DNA of 64,000 nt, taken from the NCBI RefSeq assembly GCF_009914755.1, contig NC_060925.1; one strand, written 5' to 3'. The position numbers and the translations under genes were made by a program. The stretch comes from the human T2T-CHM13v2.0 reference genome, Homo sapiens. The notes beneath the pieces are model-generated. The model saw nothing but the letters and a program-made list of their open reading frames with translations, was not told the DNA's origin and made no database searches. Below are positions 13,070-27,808 of the stretch, piece after piece. Positions within the stretch are counted from its first letter, which is position 1, and every line of letters begins with the position of its first letter.

Positions 13070-13410
13070 ATTTGACTGACATTTATTTAGCACCTATCAT
13101 ATGTCTGGAAAGCAGCTGGGCACTTTTCCATGCATTAGCTTATTTAATCCTCACAAATGCTTGCTTGTGAGGCAAATATAATTCCCATTTACTAGTGAGT
13201 AAATCAAAGCTCAGAGAGGCAAAATAACTTGCTTCAGTTGCACAGTAAAAATAACAGCAAACCCTTTTGGAATGTTCTGAACAAACTCATTTAGTCCTCC
13301 TCCAGCCCAGACTGAGGCAAATAAATGTTAGGTAACTTGCCCAAGTTTACACTTGTAAGCTAGTAGGTGGCAGGGCCAGGAACAAAACCTAGGGCTCTGA
13401 CTTTAGAATT
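13070..13410 (-). mobile_element. MIR fragments
   Basis: atttatttagcacctatc...ttaatcctcacaa...gctcagagagg...aacttgcccaag. Confidence 0.75.
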
Positions 13411-14094
13411 CTTATTCGTAACAACACTAAGGGTTGTAGCAGGACTAAAATTCAGAGTTAGGTCTTTGGACTGGAGTCCCCAGTCTGTCACCCCTGCTCA
13501 GAGATGCTCTTTCCCACCTCCTGCCCAGACCCCCTCCCTCCACCCAACTTCTCTCCCGTGTTCCAGTGATGTTCCAATTTGATGATGAATTTGCTTCTCT
13601 TGAGTATTTCCTTGACTTAATTCAACACTTTTTTTGTCTCAAAAATGAAGAAATCAGAACTCTTCTCCTATCATAGAAAGGTCACCCATTCCCTTCCCCA
13701 ACTTTGTGGAGGTCTTGCTATTGGGGAGACGTGTGTGAAAGGGAGAAGGAGGGGGGCAGACAAGAAAGGAATAAATAAAACTAAAGCAGCAAGGAACTTC
13801 CCATCTCGGTGGCTAAGTTCTGTTTCAAAATGAGTCCAAAACTCTGGTCTCATGCCTTTTTTTTTTTTTTTTAAAGACTGTGACAGTAGGAGAATAATGT
13901 GAGCTGGCAAGTAATAAACAGTTTCTATAGGCATCAGGTGGGAACTTAAAATTCAGAAGGCAGACTCCTCAATTCTGAATTAACTTCCTTTCTTCCTGGG
14001 CACAAGAGGGTCTATGTTTCTCTCATCTTCTCCCTGGCCCCACACACACTCTTTCATGCAGTCAACATTCCTGCCCCACAATAGGTGTGATTGC

Positions 14095-14200
14095 ATCCCA
14101 TTATGTTGTCATGGCAATATCCATTGCCATCTGGGGGGTGGGGAGGTGGCAGTGGAAACAAATGAGTGGCCAATCAGGCTTTCCAGGAACGTCTCATCAT
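14095..14200. promoter_or_regulatory. RFX X-box plus E-box motif cluster in unique sequence
   Basis: GTTGTCATGGCAAT 14105-14118 (12/14 to GTTGCCATGGCAAC); CATCTG 14128-14133; CCAAT ~14170. Confidence 0.4.
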
Positions 14201-14995
14201 GACACACTGCTCTCTGCCAACTGCCAGAGCTGAGCGGAATAAAGATGAGTGTGTGAGGACCCTATTGAGGGGGCACAATGATAGTACCCTGCCTAATCTC
14301 GGCCAAGGGATCGAGAGTCAGAGGGACATTTTGTCCATGTGAATGTCTCTTTGCTGAGTGACAGGTTATTGATCAGCATGAGATGGGAGAACCAAACAGC
14401 AAACGGTAACACAGAAAGCAAAAGGCCCTTCAAGGTGGTAATTGTTACGTGATACATATGAAGGATATATGGGAGTTAGTTCTTTTCGGTGCCGAGAAGG
14501 GCCAAAGATTATAGAACCTAGTGTCACCATGGTCATTGCTTCTTCCTTCCCCCCATTCCAGAAACAGAAAAGGAAAAGTCCTGTTGTCAAGACCTCCAAG
14601 GACAAGAACCAGTGAAGCCTGGTAACAAACACATTATGCTTTGAAGATCTGCCAGTTAACAGCTGTGTGGTCTCTCTCCGATTAACATCTCTCAGCCCTT
14701 TTTTCACCTTTATGAGATGGGGATTATAATACCACATCCCTTGTAGGGCCATTGTGAGGATTGAATGAGCTAATGCATGCCCACGTGCCCACCTCATGGT
14801 AAGAACTTCAGAGATATTAGCCATTACTATTCCAACTGATCACACACACTCAGTGCCACCAAGGATGATGCCACTGCAGTGTCTCCCTATCTCCCTACCT
14901 TAGGTTTCACGTTTTGGCGAGCAAATGCAGCAGGAATAAATTTTCAGTGGCCTGGGAGCCACAGCTATAGCCTTTTGCCATAAGAAACTCCCAAA

Positions 14996-15020
14996 CTCTC
15001 TCTCTCTCTTTCTCTTTCTC
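14996..15020 (+). repeat. (TC)n microsatellite, imperfect
   Basis: ctctctctctctctttctctttctc. Confidence 0.8.
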
Positions 15021-16087
15021 GCGCTAGGTGGGAGCAAGCCATTGCCTCCCCCTCAGAGGACCCAGTGGAGAGAAGGTTGACAGCTTGGCATTCTCTTTGG
15101 AATGGCTGTTGACTTCGCACTGCCATCCACAGAAGAGCTCCATAACCCCACCCAAGGGCACGGAATGGCCTTTCCTTAAAGGTGAAGCACAACATCATTC
15201 TCAAGTGCCTTTGCAAATGTATGTGAACAGTCTTTCAAGGCTCATATCAAGAAGTCTCCAGTTCACACTCCTGTCCCAATATCCAGTGCCCGACATTGAG
15301 CCCCTGGGGCTTTCTGATCAAGAGTGGGGAGGACAACCAGCCAGAGTGGGCAGCTGAGGTCACCTGGAGTAATTAATCCTAAAGTTTACTGGTGCCTGTT
15401 CTGCTGGGGAGCAGGAATCCAATTACCCACAGTGACAGCAGCTTAGTCCCTGGGGAGATACTCATCTGCAGGGCGGCCAACAACCTGTCCACCTGAAATC
15501 TTCCCGAGAAGCAACACCAACCTCCACCCCCTTCACTTTCTCCGCACACCCTAGCCAGGCACAGACCTCAGCTAACCAGGACATTGCCCAGGCCACACTG
15601 CCTGGGTTGTGGTGCAAAGGAGTGAATTCTGGGAGATTGGACCAGGACAGCTTCTAGAGGTCTCCTAACAAGAACCCATTTCTCCTGTAGAACGAAGACC
15701 AGAACTGGTCATTTACCCAGGCCGAGCCAGACCTATATGATACATCAAAAGCAGAACAGAAAGAAAGGGAATGAGAGAATCCAAATGAGTTTATTTGTCC
15801 ATTAAATAAATATGCAAAATTATGCAGATGTGGAAATGGGCATACAATTTTTAATCAATTGCTCTGGCATCATCGTGAATAGACCTATGGTTCTGGATGA
15901 GGGGACCGCTAAGAGATAATTCTGGCCCCCTTGCCATCAGCATCCCAAAGAATGTACATTAGGAAGCAGGGAGGTGGTCTATGCCAGATGACCTTTTTGC
16001 TCTTTTTATGTGGCCCTGACTCTGACTAAGATGGGTTCCTACTTCTAGAATTTCTTCCCTGGACAAGAGTGAAAAAGTGGCCAAGTC

Positions 16088-16137
16088 TTTTGCATGGCTA
16101 CCACCAGGGAAAGGAATTTGACTTTTGTAATGCAAAT
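16088..16137 (+). promoter_or_regulatory. Sox-Oct composite-like motif plus a second octamer variant
   Basis: TTTTGTAATGCAAAT 16123-16137; TTTTGCAT 16088-16095. Confidence 0.4.
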
Positions 16138-17094
16138 TTACTTCCTGGCTTGAAAGTACATGATTAAAATGATATGTTTCAGTGTGGGAGCCAGACAGCA
16201 GATTTGGTATTAGAAGGCAGCAGCTGCTGCTTACACACAGGGGTGTCTGCAAGGTACACGGAGGAGTAGGTAAAAAAGTATTTGTTGGGGCCTGGAGACC
16301 CTAGGACTTGCTAATCAGAATGGACCATTCAGGTGCACTTATATAAACCTAAACACAACAAGGGTGTAGTATAACAAAAGCTGAGTACCTTCAAATTGGT
16401 CATTCATTCATTCAACAACGTTTATTGAGTACCAAATCCATGTACCAGCTGCTGTATATAGTTATATAGCAGTGAACAACACAGACTTAGTGAAGACTGT
16501 TGACCAGGGCTCAAATTTGGACTACACCACTCAAGAATAATGTCATATTGGGCACGCTGCTTAATCTCTCTGTGCCCCAGTTTCCTCTAAAATAAGGATA
16601 ATGCAAGTACATATTGCCACCTCTGCTTTCAGCCATGATAAAAAGAACTGGATTTACCTTTCTGTCTTAAACAACTAGAAAGTCATACAAAATATATGAA
16701 ACAAATATTTTCAAACATTGGACAAAAGGCGATACAGGACTATGATCCTTGAGAGAGGTGAATCAAATGAGAGACCCCTACAATTTCTCTACCCTACTGC
16801 CTGCATCGGATTTCCAGGCTGCAGCACAGGGAAGGGGAGCCAAAACAGAGCCCAGAATTCTTGGAGTTCAAGACGACTGAGGCAGCTAGAGTGTGCAGGC
16901 ACAATGCCAGAAACAGCTTTGGCTATCTGAAAGGGGATCCACTTAAAGAGCTTTGCCAAAATACTGATTTTCACATACAAGGAATGAAACTCCATAAGGC
17001 TGGAGAAAGAACCATCGCAAAGCACTAAGCCAAATGATTTCCAGAACTGGGAAGAGTTCATGTTCCCAGGTGAGAATGAACAGGTTTCATGATA

Positions 17095-18283
17095 CAGTTG
17101 TGTGCTGCATAGCAATGTTTTGGCCAATGCCAGATGGCGTATATGATGGTGGTCTCATAAGATTATAAAAGAGATGAAAAATTCCTATCACCTAGTGACA
17201 TAGTGACATCATAGTCATCTTAACACTGTAGTGCAATGCATTACTCACATGTTTGTGGTGATGCTGGTATAAACAAACCCACTGTGCTGCCAGTCCTATG
17301 AAAGCATAGCACATATAATTATGTACAGCACATAATACTTGATAATAAGTGACCATGTTACTGGTTTATGTATTTACCAGTTACTGTTATTTTACAGTGT
17401 CCTCCTATGTAGAAAAAAAAGAAAGTTAACTGTAAAACAGCCTCAAGGAGGTCCTTCAGAAGGTATTCATGAAGAAGGCATTGTTATCATGGAGGAGGAT
17501 GGCTCCATGCATGTTATTGCCCCAGATGACCTTCCAGTGGGACAAGATGTAGAGGTGGAAAACAGTAATATTGGTAATCCTAACCTGATGCAGGCCTAGG
17601 CTAATGTGTGTGTTTGTGTCTTAGTTTTTAAAAAAGTTTAAACAGTAAAAAAACCCCAAAACCCCCTTTTTTAAAATAGAAAAACTTATATAGAGTACGG
17701 ATGTAAATAAATATTTTTTATAACGGTACAACGTATTTGTGTTTTAAGCTATTACTGGAAGAGTCAAAAAGTTACAAAAATTAAAAAGTTTCTAAAGTAA
17801 AAAAGTTACAGTCAGCTAAGTTTAATTTATTATTGAAGAAGAAACAATTTTGTAGTATAGCCTAAGTGTACAATGTTTATAAAGTCCATACTAGTGTACA
17901 GTAATGTCTCAGGCCTTCATATTCACTCACCCCTCACACAGCCTCACCCAGAGCAACTTCCAGTTCTGCAAGCATCATACCTGATAAGTGCCCTAATACT
18001 GGTATACCATTTTTTATTTTTATACTGTATTTTTACTGTACCTTTTCTATGTTTAGATACACAAACAATTACCATTGTGTTACAATTGCCTACAGTATTC
18101 TATACAGTAATATGCTGTACAGGTTTGTAGCCTAGAGGCAATAGGCTATACCATATAGCCTAGGTATGTAGTAGGTTATACCATCTAGGTTAGTGTAAGT
18201 ACACTCTATCATGTCTGTTCAACTAAATTGCCCAACAATCCATTTCTCAGACTGTATCCCCATTGTTTAGTGATGCACGATTG
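17095..18283 (+). mobile_element. Tigger3 (Tigger3b/GOLEM-like) TcMar DNA transposon, non-autonomous
   Basis: Termini cagttgtgtgctgcata... and ...tagtgatgcacgattg are degenerate TIRs; TA duplication at 17093-17094 and 18284-18285; internal ggtggtctcataagattataa and ataggctataccatatagcctagg motifs. Confidence 0.9.
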
Positions 18284-18534
18284 TATACAAAGCAACAGGT
18301 AGGGTCCTCAGAAAGGCATCACATTCACAGTGAGGCTAAATTAGCCCTAAACAAAAGGCAGTGCCAGACTTACCCTAAGAGATCTTAAAGCAAGCCCTAA
18401 AATAATCAAACTGATTCCAATTAACTTAACTCTATACCAGAACAAAGTCCAACACCCTTTAAAGGAATACAAAAAGAAAAGAAATCAGTGGCTAAGGTAG
18501 TAAAATTAACTATGTCTGGCATCTAATAAAATAG

Positions 18535-18828
18535 GGCTGTGTGTATTGACTCATGCTTGTAATCCCAGCACTTTGGCTGAAATGGGAGGATCACTTGAGC
18601 CCAGGAGTTGGAGACCAACCTGGGCAACATAGGGGGACCTCATCTCTAAAATAAGCTGGGTGTAGTGGTGTGTACCTCTGATCCGAGCGACTCAGGAGGC
18701 TGAAGTGAGAGGACTATTTAAGCCTGGGAGGTCAAGGCTGCAGCAAACCATGATAGTGCCACTGCACTCTACCCTGGGCAACAGAGCAAGACCCTGTCTC
18801 AAAACAAAAAACAAGAAACAAAAACAAA
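18535..18828 (+). mobile_element. AluJ
   Basis: J-type ggaggatcacttgagcccaggag, gtcaaggctgcag, gcaagaccctgtctc plus A-rich tail; highly diverged. Confidence 0.93.
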
Positions 18829-20375
18829 CCCCACAAGTTATGCAAAAAAGAAAAAAGATAACTAATAAGCAGGAGAAAATCAATCATTAGAAAATGACTC
18901 AGAAATGCCAGAGATAATGGAATTAGCATACAAGAATGGTAAAACTACTATAGCCAATATACTATATGCTCATGAATTTACAGGAAAACATGAACATGGT
19001 AAGGATTAAAAAAGGAAGATAGAAAAGTGACCCCAATAAAACTTAAATAAAAGACAAAATACAATAACTGAAATAAAAATATAATAAATGAGATTAACAG
19101 ATACATCAAAAGGATCAGTGAATTTGAAGAACAGAAATAGAAAATATTCAAAATAAAGCAAAGAAGGAAAAAAGATTAAAAAAAAAAAAAACCCATAGCA
19201 TCGGTGACCTGTAGGAAAGTAACAAGTCATCTAACATATATGTAACTGGGGTCCCCAAAAAGAAGAGAAACACAGAAGAAATATTTTAAAGAGATGGTCA
19301 AAAGCCTTCAGAATTTGGTGCAACCTATAAACTCACTGATCCAAGAAATGCATTGAATTCCCAGTCAACACAAACCATACCAAGGCACATTATAACCAAA
19401 TTGCTGAAAACAAGTGATAAAATCTTAAAAGCAGCCAGTGGAAAAAGGACATTACACACAGAGGAAAGACAAAGTGGCAGACTCTTGTCATAAATTATGC
19501 AAACCAGAAGACAACAATGGCCTTAAGTACTGAAAAGGAAAAAAACCTGCCAACCCAGAATTCTACATCAAGCAAAAATATCAATCAGAGATGAAAGCAG
19601 AATAAATACTTTTTCAGATCAAAGCTGAGATAAGTCATCACTAGCAGATTTGCCTGTAAGAAATTTTAAAGGAAGTTCTCCAGGAAAAAGGAAAATGATA
19701 CTAGATATAAATCTGGATCTACACAAAGGAATAAAAAACACTGGGAATAGTAGATATGTGGGTAAATTGAAATAAATTTTGTACTCATTTTTGAAGTCTC
19801 TTTAAAAGTGTTAACTGTTTAGAACAAAAATTTTCACTGTATTGTTGGATTTATAAAATATAGAGGTAAAATATATGACAATTATATCACAAAGGACAAG
19901 AGGTACAAAATTGAATATATAAGTTTTTTATAGTATACATGAAGTGGTATATTATTAGAAGGCAGATTTTGATATGCTAAAATGTATATTTTAAATCATA
20001 GAGCAACCACTAAAAAAAAATACATATGGATAATAAGCCAGCAGCGGAGATAAAGTGAGATCATAAAAATATTCAGTTAATACAAAGTAAGGCAGAGAGG
20101 AAAACATAAACAAATTACATATGAGACAATCTGAAAATAAACAGCAAGATAGTAGACTTAAACTCAATCATATCAATAATTACATTAAGTATACCTAATC
20201 TAAAAACTTCAATTAAAAAGCAGAGATAATCACATTGGATTTTTTTTTTAAAAAGCAAGACCTAACTATGTGCTATCGGCAAGAAACACACTTTAAATAT
20301 GAAGACACAAGTATGTTAAAAGGAAAAGAACAAAAAAAGATATACCAAGAAAAGACTGATCAAAACAAAACTGGA

Positions 20376-20818
<443 letters not shown>

Positions 20819-23800
20819 TCAAAATACATGAAGCAAAAGTTGATATAAAGAAAGGAGAAATAGACAAAACCACACCTATAGTTGAAAATTTAAGCATTCT
20901 TGTCTCTGTAATTGATAGAAAAAGTAGGCTAAAAATCAGGAGGGGTGTAAAAGACTTGAACAATCCCATCAACCTCCTCGATCTAACTGACATTACTAGA
21001 ACACTCGAACCAACAACAGCACAATCCACATTGTCTTCAGGTGCATATAAATCACTGGCTAAGATAAGACCGTATTCTAGACTATAAAGTCTTAATATAT
21101 TGTGATAGAATGAAATCATATAGCCTTTAATTTGACCATACTAGAATTAAACTAGAGATAAAAAATAAAAAGATACCTGGAAAATCCTCAAATATTAGAA
21201 GATTAAATAAGGCACTTCTTAAAAACCCATAAGTCAAATTTAAAAATCACAAGGGAAATTAGAAAATATTTTGAACTGAAAAAAATGACAATATACCAAA
21301 GTCAATGGTATGTAGTAGCTAAAAGTGCTTAGAAATAAATTTATAGCATTAAATGTTTATACTGGAAAATAAACAAGTCTCAAATCAATGATCTAAGCTT
21401 CTACTTCTACCTTAAGAAACCAGGAAAAGAAGAAAACTAAATCTAAAGTATGCAGAAGGGAAAGAATAATGAGCAGAAGTCAATGAACAGAAAGGCAAAG
21501 AGAAATCCAATAAAACCAAAAGCTCTTTTCTAAAAAAGATGAATAAAATTAAAAAAATGCCAGACTAATCAAGAGAAAAGACAAGATCACCAATACAAGA
21601 CATGAAAGATGGAACATCACTACAGCTTTCACACACATCAAAAAGATAATAAGAGAATATTATAAACAACTTCATGCCAGTAAGTGTGAAAATTTAGACA
21701 AATTGGAGAAATTATTTGAAAGACACCAGCTACCAAACTACCAACACTCACTCAAGAAGAAATAGATAACTGGAATAGCCCTATATCTATTAAATAAATT
21801 GTATTTCTAGTTAAATCTTTCCACAAATAAAATTTCAGGTACAGATGGCTTCACTGATAAATTCTACTAAACATTTAGGGAAGAAATAATACTAATTCTA
21901 TATAAATTCTTCAGTGTAATTGATCATACAATAGACTAAAAAAGAACGCCCATATGATCATCTCAAAAGATGTATAAAAAGCTTTTAACAAAATGTGATA
22001 CCTATTTATGACTGGAAAAAATCCTACAGCTAACATCATACTTAACAGTGAAGACTCGATATTTATTTTCTCCCTTGGACTGATAACAAGGCAAGAATGC
22101 CTGCTTTGATCATTTCTATTTACCATTTCATTCAACATTGTATTGAAAATCCTAGCTGGTACAATAAGGCAAGAAAAAAATTAAAAAGGATGCAAACTGG
22201 AAATAAGTAAAACTGCAGGCTCCATGCTCATCCGTGTAAAAGTACCCCACTTCCTAGGGAAGGCGTAATGACTGAATTACAAGGACTGCACTGCAAGTAT
22301 GTGGAGTGCTTAGAATAGTCCCTGGAACCTCAAAAGTGCTCAGTAAATGCTCACTATTATTGTTAATTCAAATGATTACAGAACGGAACTGAGATTATAT
22401 AATGGGGATCTATCCATTGATGGAGGTGGTTGTGAGAAAAATGCCTACTTGCCTCCGAAGCACCAGACGCTCATGCCCATGTAGGAATCGGGGAGGGCCA
22501 TTGGAAGACGGGGAAAAATGAGCCCTTACATTGGTACTTCTCCATCAAAGGCCATTAGGACTCCAAATCTCATATAATCCTTTAATGACCGTGGGAAGGG
22601 ACAGGGCAGGTAGAATTATCTTCATCCTAAGGATGGGCGAACTGAGGTAAAGAGCCATAGACCTGTGCAATACCAGGAGTAGTCCTGAGGTCTCCATCCC
22701 AGACCACTGCACCTTCCACTACACCATTCTTCCTTTCCACAGGACAGGTCTCAAAACAGGGTGCTTCCCTGCTTCTGCAGACGGAATTGAATAGGCACAT
22801 TTATGAGAAGGATGGTCCAGAACACAAGTGCACCTTGATAAACAATGGTAGTCTACGAGGCACTGGGGATCCAGGATCCTGAGGATTTGCCTCTTTGCTT
22901 TTGTGAGGTTGTCCTACCCTGCATATTTGGCCGAGGTTTACACAATGAGGCTCCTAGAAGACTAAAACTTAAAATACCCAAATCCAATTGTGGCACATAA
23001 TAAGTGCTCAGTAAATGTTTACTTAGAAACTCGAATCTGACTGGAGCCCAGGGAAGATGCAAGTGGCTTAGATTTAATGAAATAAGTGTGCACAAGAAAA
23101 CCACTTTGTAAACTGTAAAACAATGTACAAACACTGACGTCAATGCTAGCAGTTGTGTGAAAAGACAATGAGATCTAAAAAGGAAGACCTGAGCAAACTG
23201 TCTTTTGGGTGAGTGTAGGAGCAGAGCTCGGAAGAGACCTGGAAACTTGAAAAATAGAGTTTACAAAGCATGTAGTAAATTAATTGATAGGCATAGGGCT
23301 TGGGGAGAGAAGCAGGCTTCTCTAGCATCTCTTAAGGACTTTTCAGTACCGTGCTACATGCTAGAGAGACAGAGATGAAAAGACACAGTCCCACCACTAA
23401 CCAGCTCATAGCCTTGTGGGGAGCAACAGGCACATAGAGACCCTCCATAGCTATAGTGAGTGCTGGGATGGTGGTAAGTCCATGGTGCTTTGGGGGCACA
23501 GAGGATTTGGGGAAGGGGAGAGGGGAGTTGCTAGTAAGACCAGAAAAGAGTGGTGATAGAAAGCAGTTTTAATATGAAACTGAGGGGCTGAATGGAGCCC
23601 AAATAAAAAACAAAAACAGCTTAATTTCCTTTGTTGCCCAAAGGAAGTATGGGAAGTACTTTTCCAGGCTGGAGGCAGGGAATGATGAGCCAGGAAGTAC
23701 AACTAGGGATGATGAAGCAGGCTTTTGAGTCATGAGATTATTTTTCTGTGCATGGGTTATACCCTCAAGATTTTGCCACCTAATGAATGTTAAGATGATT

Positions 23801-23984
23801 TTTACATCTTAAATGACTGTGTGTAGAAGCCCCTGTAGAGGGGAGGCAGCTGAGGAAGGGTGAAGAGGGGAGCTGTCCAAGTGATGGCAGAAGAAAGATG
23901 ACAAAATCACATGAGAGGACCTGGTGCTGAGCTGTGCTAGCCCCAGAGCCTGAGCTCAGGGCATCATTTCACCCCCGGGGTGCC

Positions 23985-24520
23985 TTCATTCATTAATTCA
24001 TTCAGCAAAAATGTCTTGAGTACCTACTATGTGCCAAGCACTGTTCTAGATGCAGGGAATGGAGCAGTAAACAAGGGAGAATCCTTGCCCTCAATATACT
24101 GGCATTCTAGATTGGGGAGACAGACAGTAAACAAGTGTACAAGTAAATGAACAAGATAAATATAGGTAACGATAGGTGCTATGAATGAAGTAAGAGAGGG
24201 TAATGGGACCAAAGGGAGGCTGATGGTGGGCACACAGCTGAGGTGGGTGGCAACTCTAGGTATGGGGTTCAGGGAAGGCCTCTCCAAGGGTGTGACCTTT
24301 GCCTGGGACCTGAATGATAAGAGCAAGCCCTATGATGATGTGGAGGAAGCAGAAGAAACAGCTGGTGCCACAGTCCTGAGGCAAATTCAAGGACTGTAAA
24401 GAAGGCCAGAGGAGATAAAGCCCTGAGGGCAAGGGGGCATGGTATGAGATGGGTTAGGAGAGGAGGCAGGGTCTCATCGGATAAGGTCTGGAAGGCTCTG
24501 GGATTTTATTCTAAGTACCT
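23985..24520 (-). mobile_element. L2 fragment including 3' end
   Basis: ttcattcattaattcattcagc...tactatgtgccaagcactgttctag...cagggaaggcctctc...ggattttattctaagt. Confidence 0.85.
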
Positions 24521-26269
24521 CAATTTGTCCCTTACCAAAGTGGTCCCCAATTCAGATTGAATGATGTCCCCGAAGCAGGCTGGGCAAATTTACACATGAA
24601 CAAATACAAAAATCTCACAACAAAGTTCTTTCAGTCAAACCCGTGCTGGAGTCCCCTCAGCAACACTCTTACCACAGGATAACCTCACCTAAAGCTGGAA
24701 CCCAGTCCCTCCTGAGATGGCATCTTGGGACTGTTAGGATTCAAACCGATTTGAAACAGGTGCCACTCATTTCTCCAGGCTCTAAGCAGCATGTGAATGA
24801 ATGACACTGCCCTTGAAGGGGCCAGCCTGGATGGAGGGAGATGGGGAATGTTTCAAGGTTCTCATTAGGAGCTCAGGTTGCTGCTATAACATCTCCCTCT
24901 CGTCTCTACTTCTTACTCCTCCTTAGGAACAGGGAATGAAGGACAGCTTTGCCCCCAGGCCACTGGACCAATGACCACCTGATGCCCTAGGGAACGTAAG
25001 GGAGTGGGAGAGAACCCCACCTGGCCCCTCCAGCTGGTAGACAAAATGGAGGCCTCCAGTTCCTGCCAATGTTCCATCTGGGGAAGGTCATGCAGACCCT
25101 GCACTCACAATCAACTGGGCAGAAGCAAACCCTTGGGGAGGGCAGGGCATGCAGCTGCATGGGCGCCATCTGCACGTGAGTCCTGACCTGGGGGAGGAGA
25201 GGTCGTCTTCCTACAGCCCGACCTCACACATTCCTTCAGCATCTCTGGGAAATAATCACACTCCCCACACTGAAGAAACACAGTCAACAGATTCTGGTTT
25301 CCTAGATACGCCAGTGGCTTCTAAAAATAGCCAGGCAATGACAAAGCAAATTGGCATATGGACTGCAAATAATTCCAGTACCAGCTTGCTTGGCAGCACT
25401 CAAGCCTCCCAGTGCTGGGTGCTTCCTCCTCTTCCCTCCCGTTTCTGAAACAGTCTCTTGCTGCTGAAAACCCCAGGCCAAATGTGAGCGAAGGGGCAGC
25501 TGCAGCCCCTGTGGGGGTCCAGCCCAGGGCTGGTGCACTCTGCTGGGCTGAAGCCACTCCAGGCTCCTCCTACTTCCCTCCTCATCCACTCCACATGCTC
25601 TGCGGGTCCCCACTCACGCTGAAGGTCCACTGCCAGTCAAGCCACCGGTAGCTCTGTGTGTGCCCCAACACTCCCAAGCAACCAACCTCTTCCTTTGTGT
25701 AACCAAGATGGGGCTGCCTTGACCTTCTCACTCCAGGACTCCTCTTCTGGGGATAGGCCACTGTCCACGGTACCTCTTACTTTGACTCAATCCCTCCCCT
25801 GGCCCCAGCAGGGAGTCTTTGCAAAGTATCCTCTTTATCTGCCTTTCTTCATTCTCTAAACCCTGTGTATGGTTGTGTGCAATGTGCCAGGCTTTGTGGT
25901 GGGCAGCATACCCAGCAGTGGGAATTCCAGGGGGAAGAAGACAGGTCTGTGGCTGGAAAGAGTAAGGAAAACTAACATGGTTGAACTCCTACACTTAGCC
26001 AGCCACTCTGCTAAGTGAGCCTCACAAGTTGTCTCATTTATTTCTCATTCAATCTCTATAGTGCCCTATGATGTAGAGATTCTTATTGTCTTCTTAACTC
26101 TGTAAACCAATTGAGGAAAGCAGCTCCTAGGAGTTGAGTAACTTGTGCAAGGCTACAGCTGAAAAATGTGTAGCTGGAATTTGCTTTTACAGCCGTACAG
26201 CATAAGGGCCCTCGAATCTCTTCCATGAAGCCAGAGCAGCTCCCTCAAGCAGCTTATTCTTCAATGGAG

Positions 26270-26600
26270 CTTGGGTCAAGGCCAGGCGGTTAACAGACCC
26301 CATCTCAGAGAATACAAGAGTCTTTTGGAAGGACCATTTACAGAGGTAGAGGCAGGATTATGGGGACCAGCAAGAGATGCTGAGGCACCCAGGGACTAGC
26401 AATGGCAGGAAGCTGTGTCTACCTCAGGCCTGAAAGGGCAGGGGAGGGAGTAGGGATGAGGGGCTGCCCAGCAGCAGCGCCAATCATGAGAAAGTGGGGA
26501 GAAAATACCTCATGCCTCTCTCTTCCCACCTTTAGGTCTCCCACAGGCTGAACTCAACTGGATGCCAGGCACAAGGGAGGACTGGGGATGCAGTACAAGT
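26270..26600 (-). mobile_element. Old ERVL LTR (LTR33/LTR41-like)
   Basis: gaccatttacagaggtagaggcagg...gcacccagggactagcaatggcaggaagc...aggcctgaaagggcaggggaggg. Confidence 0.5.
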
Positions 26601-27369
26601 CTGCCAACTGTTCCAAGTAATGTTTTATCTTTGCAGTGTCACCAACCACCTGATTTCTTCCAGGCCTTTGTTAGGAGGAATCACTACGTATTTTCATGGT
26701 TAATTTTTTTCATTGCATGAAAAAAAAGCTGAAAGGGGTACCCTGGCCTTGCCTTTTCTAAAACTGTTAGGAAGATCAACAGGATAAACCAGGGGTCTGA
26801 GCTCCTGGGGAGATAATGTGGATGCCTAAATATTAGCTATCCCAGTGGTAGGGATAACAAGAAAATGCTTATGGGTAAGCAATGATTTAAAAAATTTTAA
26901 CGCTACTGCAACAGCCACGGTGTTCTCTTCTCAAGGCAGCTAAAAAACTCACTCTGCAGACATTTCTGTCTCCAACTATTTGTTGCCTTGAAGCCTAAGA
27001 ATGCTTCCAGGCAGCCCTAACTTGTCCAAGACGAACACAAGAGAGGCGATGCCATTATGAACCCATGGCCACAGGCAGCATCTTTAATTCATGAGCAGGG
27101 CGGCATTGGCAGGAGAAAAGGAAGGGAGACATTAAGAGGAACTGCCTTGAGGCTCTGCCTTGGACTCAAGGTAAAACTGAGATTTTAGCCCATTCCAGCA
27201 CAGCTAAGTGGTTTTCAATTTGTGTTTGAGGAAGGGTGATACAGCTGCGGTCAGGACAGGAGGGGTTCTTCCCACACACCAGACCACCAGGTGCTAAGAG
27301 CACTGTGGAAGATGCACCAGCAGTTATTCCTGTACTTTTATTCATTCATTCAACAAATGTTTACGGAGT

Positions 27370-27808
27370 ACAGTACAGCATTTAAGAGTGAGCTCTTCTG
27401 AGTCAGAAAGTCTAGGTTCAAATCTTGCTCCATACTAGCTGTGTGACTTCAGGAAAGTTTGCTTATCCTCTCTGTGCCTGTTTCCTCTCTTTTAAGTGGG
27501 GATAATATTAACAGCATTTATATCATAGGTTGTTAGGAAGATTAATTCAGTTAATACATGTAAGGGCTCTGAACAGTACCTGGCATATAGGAAGCATGGT
27601 GGAACCTTGCTAGATCCACTTTGGCTATGCAGTGAGATTTGGATTTGAGTTCTGCATCTAGCAATTAGCAGCTGTGTGATTTCAGGCAAGTTACTTGACC
27701 TTTCTGAGCTAGAGTTGCCTCATCTGTAGGAGAATAAGTCTCTGTTTTATATGGTAGTTGTAAGAATTCAATGAGATGGCAATGTATAGTATTCAATAAA
27801 TATTGACT
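27370..27808 (+). mobile_element. Two tandem MIR SINEs
   Basis: acagtacagcatttaagagtg...ctctgtgcctgtttcc...ttaatacatgtaagggc; second copy caggcaagttacttgacc...ctcatctgtagg...tcaataaata. Confidence 0.85.

Noticed and set aside
25766-25790. REST/NRSE-like half site (minus strand ACCGTGGACAG)
   Set aside because: The left half of the 21-bp motif is badly degenerate.
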